Positions 34,642-48,310 of a stretch of 64,000 bases of DNA are shown piece by piece (within the stretch, counting starts at the first letter, position 1; the number at the start of each line of letters is the position of its first letter). Under the pieces are notes generated by a model. That model had not been told where the DNA came from. It ran no database searches and worked only from the letters and a program-made list of their open reading frames with translations. The stretch is from Rhodospirillaceae bacterium (GTDB taxonomy: Bacteria; Pseudomonadota; Alphaproteobacteria; CACIAM-22H2). The stretch spans positions 116,546 through 180,545 of the forward strand of contig JALHMR010000007.1 of assembly GCA_022843945.1 (NCBI GenBank), in the 5' to 3' direction. A program made the position numbers and the translations under genes.

Positions 34642-35054
34642 TGCTTCGCCGCCTCGTTCCGGTCCTCGCCTTGCTTCTCGCCGCCTGCAGCGGGGACGGC
34701 GAACCGGACGAGCCGGCGCTGCGCGAGGCGATCGAGCGCATACACAACGAGTGGGTCGCGGAGCGCCGCAAGGACCAGAAGACCCAGGTCCCGGATCTCT
34801 ATCGCCGCCTGCCCAATGTCAATCTCGCCTTCGAGGCGAACCTGGCGCTGCGCGTCACCTCGGTGCGCAAGGTTTCGTGCAAGCGCACGGGCGACGAGCG
34901 CCTGGGGCACAACTGCCGCGTCGTGGTCGGGGCCTCGCTTGCCGGACGTCCGCCGGTTCTCCAGAACCTCGACGGCCGTTTCGTACGCGGCGTCAACGGC
35001 TGGCATGTCCGCGATCTCACCGTGCTCGACGTGTCGAGCCCGGGCGGCGGCTAA
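34641..35054 (+). CDS. Hypothetical lipoprotein
   Basis: Lipobox LLLAACSG. The ATGA start overlaps the upstream stop. The start is the internal Met of ORF 34527. Confidence 0.5.
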   Translation: MLRRLVPVLALLLAACSGDGEPDEPALREAIERIHNEWVAERRKDQKTQVPDLYRRLPNVNLAFEANLALRVTSVRKVSCKRTGDERLGHNCRVVVGASLAGRPPVLQNLDGRFVRGVNGWHVRDLTVLDVSSPGGG

Positions 35055-35929
35055 ACGGCGAACTCGTTCTGCTTGTAGCCCTGAAGGTAGAGCAGCGCGG
35101 TCAGGTCACCATGCCGGATGGTGGCATCCGCGGCCGCAGCCAGAACCGGTTTCGCGCGGAACGCGACGCCCATTCCGGCGGCCTGAACCATGTCGAGATC
35201 GTTGGCCCCGTCGCCGACGGCCATCGTCTCCGCGGTCTCCAGGCCGCGGGCCTTGCTCAGGCGTTCGAGGATGGCGCGCTTGCCGGCACGATCGAAGATC
35301 GGCTCGCGCACCCGGCCGGTCAGGCGGCCGGCCTCGACGCCAAGATGATTGGCCTCGGCCTGGTCGGCACCCAGCAGGTCCCGCACGCGGTCGACGAAGA
35401 TCGAAAAGCCGCCGGAGACGATGGCGGTGTAGGCGCCGTGCGCGCGCATCGTGGCGATCAGCGCCTTGGCGCCGGGCATGAGCCTGAGCCCGGCATAGAC
35501 CGCTTCGAGCGTCGCGGCGTCGTGCCCGGTCAGCATGGCAACGCGCTCGCGCAGGGCGCCGGCGAAATCGAGCTCGCCGGCCATGGCGCGGCGCGTGATG
35601 TCGGCGATCCTGGGGCCGATGCCGGCCCGCGCCGCGATATCGTCGAGGAATTCGTTTTCGACCAGCGTCGATTCCATGTCGGCGACGAGCAGCCGCTTGC
35701 GGCGGTGCGCGCCGGGCACAACGGCGACGTCGACCGGAGCTTCGCCGAGAGCATGCCGGGCTGTTTCTCCGGCCGCCTTGGGGTCGCCCGCTATGGCAAA
35801 CTCGCAGGCGATGCCGGGGGCGAGCCAGACGACGGGCCCGCCCGCGACAGCCGCGCGCACGGCCGACACGATGCTATCGTGAAGGTCGGCACGCGCCGGA
35901 TCGGCAATCAGGACGAGAACGTGGCTCAT
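35051..35929 (-). CDS. serB: Phosphoserine phosphatase
   Basis: HAD motifs (LLVADMESTLVENEFLD and ...MAVGDGANDLDM). Confidence 0.85.
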   Translation of the reverse strand: MSHVLVLIADPARADLHDSIVSAVRAAVAGGPVVWLAPGIACEFAIAGDPKAAGETARHALGEAPVDVAVVPGAHRRKRLLVADMESTLVENEFLDDIAARAGIGPRIADITRRAMAGELDFAGALRERVAMLTGHDAATLEAVYAGLRLMPGAKALIATMRAHGAYTAIVSGGFSIFVDRVRDLLGADQAEANHLGVEAGRLTGRVREPIFDRAGKRAILERLSKARGLETAETMAVGDGANDLDMVQAAGMGVAFRAKPVLAAAADATIRHGDLTALLYLQGYKQNEFAV

Positions 35930-35961
35930 CGGACCCGTAAGGCAAAAGGCGGCGCATCATC

Positions 35962-36927
35962 GTGAAGGCCATCGAGCTTGGCAAGCCGCCTTCCGTTGTC
36001 GTCATCGGTGGCCCGACGGCCAGCGGCAAGTCGACGCTCGCCCTGCGCCTGGCCGAGACCTTCGACGGCACGGTGATCAACGGCGATGCCATCCAGGTCT
36101 ATCGCGAGCTGTCCGTGCTCACGGCGCGCCCGACCGCCGCGGAAACCCGCCGCGCGCCGCACCGGCTCTATGGCGTCCTTTCGGCTCATCAGCGCTGCAG
36201 CGCCGCGCGCTGGCGCACCATGGCCCTGGCGGCGATCGCCGCGGCGCACGGAAAAGGGCGCCTGCCGATCGTGGTCGGCGGCACCGGACTCTACCTCCGT
36301 GCCCTGATGGAGGGTTTGTCGCCGGTACCACCGGTTCCGCCGGAAGTGCGTGAGAAGGCGCGGGCCCGGCATGCGGAGCTCGGATCCGCCGCGTTTCATG
36401 CCGAGCTGGCCAGCCTCGACCCTGTGATGGCCAGGCGTCTCAACCCCGGTGACAGCCAACGCGTGATCCGCGCCTGGGAGGTGATCACCGCGACCGGCCG
36501 CTCGCTCGCCCTCTTCCAGAAGATCCGGCCGGCCAAGGCGGCGTTTGGTTTTGTCCCCCTCGTGATCCTGCCGCCGCGCGAGACCCTGATCGCGGCCTGC
36601 GACGCCCGCGCGGTGCGCATGCTCGAGGAGGGCGCTCTCGAGGAGGTCAAAGCCCTGCTGGCAATGAACCTCGATCCCAGCCTGCCGGCGATGAAGGCGG
36701 TGGGGGTGCGCGAGCTTGGCGGGCATCTGGCCGGCAAGGCCTCCCGGCCCGCGGCGCTGGCGGCCCTGCAGCAGGCGACGCGGCAGTACGCCAAGCGGCA
36801 GATCACCTGGTTCCGGCACCAGATGCCGGGGGCCCAGACCTGGCCAGAGCAATTTTCGGAAAGTCTCGAACGGGTAATCTTTCCATTTATTAGAAAAGCT
36901 GTTGACCGTCCTACCTCCGGCGGGTAG
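35962..36927 (+). CDS. miaA: tRNA dimethylallyltransferase
   Basis: P-loop VVVIGGPTASGKSTLA and motifs VINGDAIQVYREL and VGGTGLY. Confidence 0.85.
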   Translation: MKAIELGKPPSVVVIGGPTASGKSTLALRLAETFDGTVINGDAIQVYRELSVLTARPTAAETRRAPHRLYGVLSAHQRCSAARWRTMALAAIAAAHGKGRLPIVVGGTGLYLRALMEGLSPVPPVPPEVREKARARHAELGSAAFHAELASLDPVMARRLNPGDSQRVIRAWEVITATGRSLALFQKIRPAKAAFGFVPLVILPPRETLIAACDARAVRMLEEGALEEVKALLAMNLDPSLPAMKAVGVRELGGHLAGKASRPAALAALQQATRQYAKRQITWFRHQMPGAQTWPEQFSESLERVIFPFIRKAVDRPTSGG

Positions 36928-36996
36928 TTTACGGCCTCTTTTGGCCCAGCCGCTCCGGTTGTTCCGGAAACGGTATTTTTTTCAAAGGCTTGTGCT

Positions 36997-38831
<1,835 letters not shown>

Positions 38832-38835
<4 letters not shown>

Positions 38836-39389
38836 GCGCCGCCGCCTCCCGCGGCTCGAAGCCATCCAAAGCGAAAGAAGCAATCGTGAGCACCGTCGAA
38901 CGCCATACCATCGCCGTCCTGGTCGACAACGAGCCGGGCATCCTGGCCCGCGTCGTCGGCCTGTTCTCGGGCCGGGGCTACAACATCGAAAGCCTGACGG
39001 TGTCGGAGACGGATGCGCGCGAGCACCTGTCGCGCATCACCATCGTGACCCGCGGTACGCCGATGATCATCGAGCAGATCAAGGCGCAGCTCGACCGCCT
39101 CGTTCCCGTGCACAAGGTCAACGACCTGACGGTCGGCGGGCCACATGTCGAGCGCGAGCTGGCACTGATCAAGGTGCGGGGCACCGGCGAGAAGCGCGTG
39201 GAATCGCTGCGCATTGCTGACATCTTCCGGGCCCGCGCCATCGACTCGACCATCGATTCCTTCATCTTCGAGATGACCGGCTCGCTCGACAAGATCGACG
39301 CCTTCATCAAGCTCATGGAGCCCCTCGGGCTCATCGAAGTGTCGCGCACCGGCGTCGTCGCCATTGCGCGAGGCAATCAAGGGCTGTAA
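38832..39389 (+). CDS. ilvH: Acetolactate synthase small (regulatory) subunit
   Basis: ACT domain HTIAVLVDNEPGILARVVGLFSGRGYNIESLTV. The start overlaps the ilvI stop. A downstream GTG is an alternative start. Confidence 0.85.
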
Positions 39390-39422
39390 TTCAGCCCATC
39401 CGCAGATCCTGAACTCCCGTAA

Positions 39423-40457
<1,035 letters not shown>

Positions 40458-40483
40458 GGCGGTCGACGCCGCCTATGGTTAAG

Positions 40484-40520
40484 GCCCGCCGGGTTTCCCG
40501 GCGGGCTTCTGTCTTTGCCG
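40484..40520 (+). terminator. Rho-independent terminator after ilvC
   Basis: GCCCGCCGGG-TTTC-CCGGCGGGC hairpin followed by TTCTGTCTTTG. Confidence 0.5.
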
Positions 40521-40579
40521 GGTAGCGCGCCGCCACCCGCTCGGCTATCGTTTGATCAATAAGCCAGCGGGAGGAAAAT

Positions 40580-41548
40580 ATGACTCGTCGTTTCGCTCTG
40601 GCGGCCGTCGCGGCCGGTGTCGCTCTGTGGGCGGCCAGCGCCGCGGCCCAGACCTATCCCAACCGCCCGGTCCGCGTCATCGCGCCGTTTCCCGCCGGCG
40701 GTCTGGCCGACGTGCTGGCCCGCGCGGTCGGCGACGAAATGACCAAGACGCTGGGCCAGCCGGTGGTGGTCGAGAACCGGGCCGGGGCCGGGGGCAATGT
40801 CGGGGCGGAGGTCGTCGCCAACTCGCCGCCCGACGGCTACACGCTGATGCTGGCGTCGGCCGGCATCCTCAGCGCCAACGAGTTCCTCTATGCCAAGATG
40901 GCGTTCGATCCGGCGACGGCCTTCGCGCCGGTCACCCTGGTCGCAGACATGCCGGTTCTGCTCGTGGTCCATCCCAAGACGGGCGTGAGCAACGTGCGCG
41001 AGTTTGTCACCAAGGTGAAAGCCGAGCCGGGCAAGCTGAACTTCGGCTCGCCGGGCAATGGCACCACCGGCCATCTCTGTCAGGCCGGCTTCCTCCACGC
41101 CGCCACGGTACGGATCACCCATATCCCTTATCGGGGTGCGGCTCCCGCCGTGCAGGACCTGCTCGGCGGCCAGATCGATGGGCTGTTCGAGAACCCGCCG
41201 ATCATCATGGAGCACATCAAGGCCGGCTCCATACGGCCGCTCGGCGTGGCCGCGAAGCAGCGCCTGGCCGTGCTGCCCGACGTGCCCACCATGGCCGAAG
41301 CCGGCAGCCCCTACGAGTGCTCGTCCTGGTTCGGTCTGGTGGCTCCGGCCAAGACCCCACCGGAGATCCTGGCCCGGCTGAACAAGGAGGCCGTCGCGGC
41401 CGTCCGGGCGCCGTCGACCCAGCAGCGCTTTGCCACGTCCGGCGCGCGCCTGGTCGGCGACACGCCGCAGGAGTTCCAGGCCTTCATCGCGGCCGAGCGC
41501 CAGCGCTGGGGCACCATGATCAGGGCCGCCGGCATCAAGATCGACTAG
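40580..41548 (+). CDS. Bug/TctC-family substrate-binding protein, orphan
   Basis: A signal peptide and Bug motifs VENRAGAGGNVGAEVVANSPPDGY and SPGNGTTGHL. Confidence 0.85.
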   Translation: MTRRFALAAVAAGVALWAASAAAQTYPNRPVRVIAPFPAGGLADVLARAVGDEMTKTLGQPVVVENRAGAGGNVGAEVVANSPPDGYTLMLASAGILSANEFLYAKMAFDPATAFAPVTLVADMPVLLVVHPKTGVSNVREFVTKVKAEPGKLNFGSPGNGTTGHLCQAGFLHAATVRITHIPYRGAAPAVQDLLGGQIDGLFENPPIIMEHIKAGSIRPLGVAAKQRLAVLPDVPTMAEAGSPYECSSWFGLVAPAKTPPEILARLNKEAVAAVRAPSTQQRFATSGARLVGDTPQEFQAFIAAERQRWGTMIRAAGIKID

Positions 41549-41890
41549 CGCCGGGCGTCCGCGGCTTGATCGCGGGTCGCGATCGGCCGAGCCGACACTG
41601 ATTATTATTGAATTATTTCAGAGGCTTGCTGACCAACAAGCGAGGCCGGTGGCAGTCCAGTAGTGCTTAACCGTTGAAAAGACGCCGAGTCGGGAAGTAG
41701 AAACGCTTCGTTAACCATATCCGGCTAAATTCTTAACATCGTTCACAGCGGGCGAATACGGCATGGACGGATGGCAAATTGCTATTAGGGTGGCGTTACT
41801 TAGGCCGTAATCGGGCCTTGCTTCGGGAGGGGGCAAGGCACGAAACGCCGGGAGCGTCCGAGCTGTCGCCGTTCGTCCTATGAGGACACC
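41549..41890 (+). promoter_or_regulatory. Long AT-rich 5' leader of leuA with a 15-codon uORF and hairpins (possible attenuator)
   Basis: A 340-bp non-coding gap that is unusually AT-rich. It contains the uORF ATGGACGGATGGCAAATTGCTATTAGGGTGGCGTTACTTAGGCCGTAA (MDGWQIAIRVALLRP) and a GCCTTGC...GCAAGGC hairpin. Confidence 0.3.
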
Positions 41891-43483
41891 ATGACCCGCA
41901 CCACCTCCACCGATCAGGTCCGGATCTTCGATACGACTCTGCGCGATGGCGAGCAGTCGCCCGGCTGCTCGATGAATCTCGAAGAGAAGCTGCGTGTCGC
42001 CAGGACGCTCGAGGAGATGGGCGTCGACGTGATCGAGGCCGGCTTCCCCATCGCCTCGAACGGCGACTTCGATTCCGTGCGCGAAGTGGCGCGGACCGTG
42101 AGTAACTCGACCGTCTGCGGCCTGGCCCGCGCCGGCCGCAAGGACATCGACCGCGCCTGGGAGGCGCTGCAGCACGCCAAGCGCCCGCGCATCCACACCT
42201 TCATCTCCACCAGCCCGCTGCACATGAAGTTCAAGCTGCAGATGGATCCGACGGACGTGCACCAGGCGGTGATCGATTCGGTCAGCCAGGCGCGCAATCT
42301 CTGCGACGACGTCGAGTGGAGCCCGGAAGACGGCAGCCGCACCGAGCACGATTTCCTCTGCCGCTGCGTCGAGAGCGCCATCAAGGCCGGCGCCAGCACC
42401 ATCAACATCCCCGACACGGTCGGCTATGCCGTGCCGGCGGAGTTCGGCGCGCTGATCGCCATGCTGATGAACCGCGTGCCCAACATCGATCAGGCCGTGA
42501 TTTCCGTGCATTGCCATAACGATCTGGGCCTCGCGGTCGCCAATTCTCTGGCCGCCGTGGCCAATGGTGCGCGCCAGGTCGAGTGCACGATCAACGGCAT
42601 CGGCGAGCGAGCCGGCAACGCGGCGCTGGAGGAGATCGTCATGGCGCTGCGCACGCGCCACGACCTGCTGCCCTACAAGACCGGCGTCAAGACCGAGCAC
42701 ATCATGAAGGCCTCGCGGCTCATCTCCGCGATCACCGGCTTTGCCGTGCAGCCGAACAAGGCCATCGTCGGCGCCAACGCCTTCGCGCACGAGTCCGGCA
42801 TCCATCAGGACGGCGTGCTGAAGAACGCCGCCACCTACGAGATCATGACGCCTGAGGCCGTCGGCCTCAACCGCTCGACCCTGGTCATGGGCAAGCATTC
42901 GGGCCGCCATGCCTTCAAGGAGAAGCTGCGCGAGCTCGGCTACACGCTGGGCGACAACGCGCTCGAGGACGCCTTCAGGCGCTTCAAGGATCTCGCCGAC
43001 CGCAAGAAGGACGTCTTCGACGAGGACCTGATGGCCCTGGTGGACGATGCGGTGGGCAGCGAGAACGACCGGGTGAAGTTCATCGCCCTGCAGGTGGTCG
43101 CCGGCTCCAAGGGGCCGCAGATCGCCGACCTCGAGCTCGGGATCGACGGCGTGATCAAGGACGTCCAGGCCCGGGGCAACGGCCCGGTCGACGCCACCTT
43201 CAACGCCATCAAGAAGCTGGTGCCCCACACCGCCAAGCTGCAGCTCTACCAGGTCCATGCCGTGACCGCCGGGACCGATGCCCAGGCCGAGGTCAGCGTC
43301 CGGCTGGAGGAAGACGGCAAGACGGTCAACGGCAGCGGGGCCGACCCGGACACCCTGGTCGCCTCGGCCCGGGCCTACGTCAACGCTCTCAATCGGCTGT
43401 CGACCAAGCGCCAGCGCACGGCGCCACAGGGTCCGGCCGCGGAATCGCTGAAAAACGTGGCAAAAGGGGCGGTGTCGGCATAG
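41891..43483 (+). CDS. leuA: 2-isopropylmalate synthase
   Basis: [15 protein letters not shown] and [16 protein letters not shown] motifs plus the C-terminal LeuA regulatory domain. Confidence 0.9.
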   Translation: MTRTTSTDQVRIFDTTLRDGEQSPGCSMNLEEKLRVARTLEEMGVDVIEAGFPIASNGDFDSVREVARTVSNSTVCGLARAGRKDIDRAWEALQHAKRPRIHTFISTSPLHMKFKLQMDPTDVHQAVIDSVSQARNLCDDVEWSPEDGSRTEHDFLCRCVESAIKAGASTINIPDTVGYAVPAEFGALIAMLMNRVPNIDQAVISVHCHNDLGLAVANSLAAVANGARQVECTINGIGERAGNAALEEIVMALRTRHDLLPYKTGVKTEHIMKASRLISAITGFAVQPNKAIVGANAFAHESGIHQDGVLKNAATYEIMTPEAVGLNRSTLVMGKHSGRHAFKEKLRELGYTLGDNALEDAFRRFKDLADRKKDVFDEDLMALVDDAVGSENDRVKFIALQVVAGSKGPQIADLELGIDGVIKDVQARGNGPVDATFNAIKKLVPHTAKLQLYQVHAVTAGTDAQAEVSVRLEEDGKTVNGSGADPDTLVASARAYVNALNRLSTKRQRTAPQGPAAESLKNVAKGAVSA

Positions 43484-43577
43484 TTTCGCGCCGGTTGCAC
43501 AGGTTAGAATCGGGGCCTTCGCTGCCCGAGTCGGAACGGCGAAGGAGGGTCGCGGGCGAGCGGCCGCGAAGGGCTAG

Positions 43578-44675
<1,098 letters not shown>

Positions 44676-44722
44676 TGTTGCCGGACTGAAAGGGGCGGCA
44701 CCATGGACGAGCGGAAGGGGAA

Positions 44723-45601
44723 ATGAAGCGGCCGGGGCCAGTGCTTCGCCTGGCGGCACCCCTGCGCGTCCTCGCGCAGCGCTTCACCTTTTTGGGCCTC
44801 GTGGCCCTCTCGGTGGGCCTGATGGTCTTCGGCAAGGCCGAGGCGCCGCTGGTCGAGCGTGCCCGCATGACGGTGACCGATGCGCTGGTGCCGATCCTCG
44901 ACGCGGTCTCGCGTCCCGTGGCGACCGCGGCGGAGATGGTCACCCGCATGAACGAGATCATCGACGTTCACGCCGAGAATAACCGCCTGCGCGAGGAGAA
45001 CGAGCGTCTGCTGCGCTGGCAGTCGGTGGCCACCAAGCTGGAGGTCGAGAACCGCAGCCTGCGCGAGGTCGCCAAAGTGACGACCGAGGAGCCGGTCAGC
45101 TTCGTCACCGCTCGCGTGGTGGCCGACGCCGGCGGCACGTTCGTGCGCTCGGTCCTCGTCATGGCCGGGACGAGGGACGGCGTGGCCAAGGGCCAGAGCG
45201 CGGTGACGGCCGACGGACTGGTGGGCCGTGTCGGCGAGGTCGGCGAGCGTTCGGCGCGTGTCCTGCTCCTCACCGACCTCAACAGCCAGGTGCCGGTGAT
45301 CATCGAATCGAGCCGTGAACGCGCGATCCTGGCGGGGGACAACTCGGACAAACCCCGGCTCACCCATCTGCCGGTCACCGCCCGGCCACAGGTCGGCGAT
45401 CGCGTCATGACGTCCGGTCATGGCGGCGTTTTCCCGCCGGGCCTGCCGGTCGGCATCATCGTCGCCGTGAATGAGGGCGTGGCCCGCATCAAGCCGTTCG
45501 TCGAGTTCCATCGCCTCGACCATGTCCGGCTCATCGATTTCGGACTGTCGGGGACATTGCCGGTCGGGGCTCCGCCGCCGGCGCCGCGCCGCGGCCGCTA
45601 A
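44723..45601 (+). CDS. mreC: Rod shape-determining protein MreC
   Basis: An N-terminal transmembrane segment, a coiled coil (ENNRLREENERL) and a beta-domain. Confidence 0.85.
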   Translation: MKRPGPVLRLAAPLRVLAQRFTFLGLVALSVGLMVFGKAEAPLVERARMTVTDALVPILDAVSRPVATAAEMVTRMNEIIDVHAENNRLREENERLLRWQSVATKLEVENRSLREVAKVTTEEPVSFVTARVVADAGGTFVRSVLVMAGTRDGVAKGQSAVTADGLVGRVGEVGERSARVLLLTDLNSQVPVIIESSRERAILAGDNSDKPRLTHLPVTARPQVGDRVMTSGHGGVFPPGLPVGIIVAVNEGVARIKPFVEFHRLDHVRLIDFGLSGTLPVGAPPPAPRRGR

Positions 45602-45606
45602 CCGCC

Positions 45607-46125
45607 ATGATGCCATCGCTGTTCATGCAGCGTCTCGACGGCTGGACCCGGGCGTCCATGCCGATGACGTTGACCTTGGTCATGGTCGTACTCAACGTGG
45701 TCCCCTTGCGCCTGCCCGACTACGCGCCCCTGGCGCCGGGTTTCGTGCTGATGGCCGCGTTCTACTGGACCGTCCATCGGCCCGACCTGATGCGGCCCTG
45801 GGCGATGTTCGCGATCGGTCTGCTTGACGACGTGCTGTCGGGCACGCCGCTCGGCGTGAACGCCCTCATCCTCTTGTTCGTCCACTGGATGATCATGAGC
45901 CAGCACAAGGCATTCCGCGGCCAGTCGTTTGTCGTGGTCTGGCTCGGCTTCGCCATGGTCGCCCTCGGCGCCAAGCTGCTGCTGGCGGTCATCGTACCGC
46001 TGGTCGGCTACGGCCTGCTCGATCCTCTGGTGCTGCTCGTCCAGTACGCCCTCACCGTGGCGCTCTATCCGCCGATCGCTTTCGTCATGGGGCGGGCGCA
46101 GCGCGCCCTGCTGCCCGCGCCATGA
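45607..46125 (+). CDS. mreD: Rod shape-determining protein MreD
   Basis: A small polytopic membrane protein in the canonical position. Confidence 0.75.
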   Translation: MMPSLFMQRLDGWTRASMPMTLTLVMVVLNVVPLRLPDYAPLAPGFVLMAAFYWTVHRPDLMRPWAMFAIGLLDDVLSGTPLGVNALILLFVHWMIMSQHKAFRGQSFVVVWLGFAMVALGAKLLLAVIVPLVGYGLLDPLVLLVQYALTVALYPPIAFVMGRAQRALLPAP

Positions 46126-48032
46126 GCTCGGCCATGAAACGCGAGAACAGCCTGGCCCGGCTGTTCACCCGGCGCGCCGTCATGCTGACTGGCGGACAGC
46201 TGACGCTGTTCGGAGCGCTGGTCGGGCGCATGTACTACCTGCAAGTCATCGAAAGCGACCGCTACAAGATGCTGGCGGAGGACAACCGCATCAATCTGCG
46301 GCTGTTGCCGCCGCCGCGCGGACGGATCGTCGATCGCTACGGCGTGATGATCGCCGAGAATCAGCTCAACTACCGCATCGTCGTGGTGCCGGAACAGACG
46401 GGCAGCGTCGGGGCCACCCTCGACGCGCTCAACGAGATTGTGCCGATCGATGAGGTCGCGCGGCGGCGTATCTTCCGCGAGGTGGCGCGCAAGCGCAAAT
46501 TCCTGCCGGTGACGGTGAAGGAGAACCTGACCTGGGACGAGGTCAGCCGGGTCGCCGTCAACGCGCCCGACCTGCCGGGGGTGATGATCGATGTCGGCTC
46601 GAGCCGCCACTACCCGCACGGCGAGCAGCTCGCCCACGTCGTCGGCTATGTGGCGCCGCCATCGGAAGCGGATCTCACCGGCGATCCGCTGCTCGAGCTC
46701 CCGGATTTCCGCATCGGCCGTAACGGCGTCGAGCGCGTCTATGACCTGGCCCTGCGCGGCAAGGCGGGATCGAGCCAGATCGAGGTCAATGCGCTGGGCC
46801 GGCCGATCCGCGAGCTCGAGCGGGCCGAGGGCGAGCCGGGTAACGACCTGGTCCTGACCCTCGACCTTCACCTGCAGAATTTCACCGTTGAGCGGCTGGC
46901 CAAGCATGAGAGCGCCGCGGCCGTGCTCATGGACGTCCACAACGGCGAGGTCCTGACCCTCGCCTCGGTGCCGAGCTTCGACCCGAACGAGTTCAACAAG
47001 GGCATCAGCGGCCCGCTGTGGCGCTCGCTGCTTGGCAATACGAGGACACCGCTGATCAACAAATCCGTCGCCGGCCAGTACGCGCCCGGCTCGACGTTCA
47101 AGATGATCGTTGCCATGGCGGCGCTCGAGGCCGGGCTGGTGACGCCGGAGCATCGCGTCAGCTGTCCGGGCCATATGTCGCTGGGCGACAGCAAGTTTCA
47201 TTGCTGGAAGTCCAAGGGTGGGCATGGCGGCCTCGACATGGTCGAAGGGCTCAAACAGTCCTGCGACGTCTATTTCTACGAACTGTCGCGCCGGCTCGGC
47301 GTCGACCGTATCGCCGAGATGGCCAAGCGCTTCGGGCTTGGCGCCATCACCTCGATCGACCTGCCCGGCGAGAAGGCCGGCCTGATGCCGACCCGCGCCT
47401 GGAAGCTTGGCGCCACCGGTGTCGCCTGGCAGCAGGGCGAGAACCTGGTGGCGGCCATCGGCCAGGGCTTCGTCCTGACCACTCCCTTGCAGCTCGCCGT
47501 GATGACCTCGCGGCTGGTCAATGGCGGCTACGCCGTGACCCCGCACCTGACGCGCGATGCGGTCTCCGGGCGCAAGGTGGGCCAGCGGGCCCAGCAGCAA
47601 TTCCCCTCGCTGGGCGTGTCCCAGCAGACCCTGGCGGTCATGGGGCGAGCCATGCGCGGCGTGGTCAACGATCCGCGCGGCACCGCTTTCCGCTCCCGCA
47701 TCACCGACGTCACAATGGCCATGGGTGGCAAGACCGGGACCTCGCAAGTGCGGCGCATCACGGAGGAAGAGCGCCGCGTTGGCCTGCGCAAGCCCGACCA
47801 GGTGCCCTGGAAGGAACGCGATCACGCGCTGTTCGTCGGTTACGCGCCGGTGGACAACCCGCGTTATGCCGTGGCGGTCATCGTCGAGCATGGTGGCGGC
47901 GGCTCGACCGTCGCGGCCCCGATCGCCAAGGAGATCCTGCTCGAGGCGCAGAAGCGCCTGCAGGAGAAGCCGCAAACCCCGATGCGCTATGCCGGCGGCG
48001 CGGCCTCCGATCCGAAGGCGAGCACGCCCTAG
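46122..48032 (+). CDS. mrdA: Penicillin-binding protein 2 (peptidoglycan D,D-transpeptidase)
   Basis: A PBP dimerisation domain and a transpeptidase domain with STFK, SCD(SxN) and KTG motifs. Confidence 0.9.
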   Translation: MSSAMKRENSLARLFTRRAVMLTGGQLTLFGALVGRMYYLQVIESDRYKMLAEDNRINLRLLPPPRGRIVDRYGVMIAENQLNYRIVVVPEQTGSVGATLDALNEIVPIDEVARRRIFREVARKRKFLPVTVKENLTWDEVSRVAVNAPDLPGVMIDVGSSRHYPHGEQLAHVVGYVAPPSEADLTGDPLLELPDFRIGRNGVERVYDLALRGKAGSSQIEVNALGRPIRELERAEGEPGNDLVLTLDLHLQNFTVERLAKHESAAAVLMDVHNGEVLTLASVPSFDPNEFNKGISGPLWRSLLGNTRTPLINKSVAGQYAPGSTFKMIVAMAALEAGLVTPEHRVSCPGHMSLGDSKFHCWKSKGGHGGLDMVEGLKQSCDVYFYELSRRLGVDRIAEMAKRFGLGAITSIDLPGEKAGLMPTRAWKLGATGVAWQQGENLVAAIGQGFVLTTPLQLAVMTSRLVNGGYAVTPHLTRDAVSGRKVGQRAQQQFPSLGVSQQTLAVMGRAMRGVVNDPRGTAFRSRITDVTMAMGGKTGTSQVRRITEEERRVGLRKPDQVPWKERDHALFVGYAPVDNPRYAVAVIVEHGGGGSTVAAPIAKEILLEAQKRLQEKPQTPMRYAGGAASDPKASTP

Positions 48033-48151
48033 CGGCTTGAAAGCGCTGGAAGTTCGGTGGCATAGCTGAGCTGCGAAAGCCGCGTGTGGCGGCTATCGAC
48101 AAAGCCATCCCCCTTTGCTACAAGGCGCCCCTCTCAAGCGGCGCCCTTATG

Positions 48152-48227
<76 letters not shown>

Positions 48228-48247
48228 TCCACGCCGTTAGAGAGCAA

Positions 48248-48283
48248 CCGGGTCGCGACAGTGTCGCGGCCCGGTTTTTATTT
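48248..48283. terminator. Strong Rho-independent terminator between tRNA-Lys and the convergent cytochrome gene; bidirectional use is a guess
   Basis: CCGGGTCGCGAC-AGT-GTCGCGGCCCGG followed by TTTTTATTT. Confidence 0.55.
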
Positions 48284-48310
48284 GCGCGGAGGCGCCGAGC
48301 GACCGGACTC

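Noticed and set aside
36928-36996. Weak CCGG-ttgtt-CCGG hairpin plus TATTTTTTT upstream of ilvI, considered as an ilv attenuator
   Set aside because: The stem is only 4 bp and there is no leader peptide ORF. It is more likely just the miaA terminator or promoter spacer.
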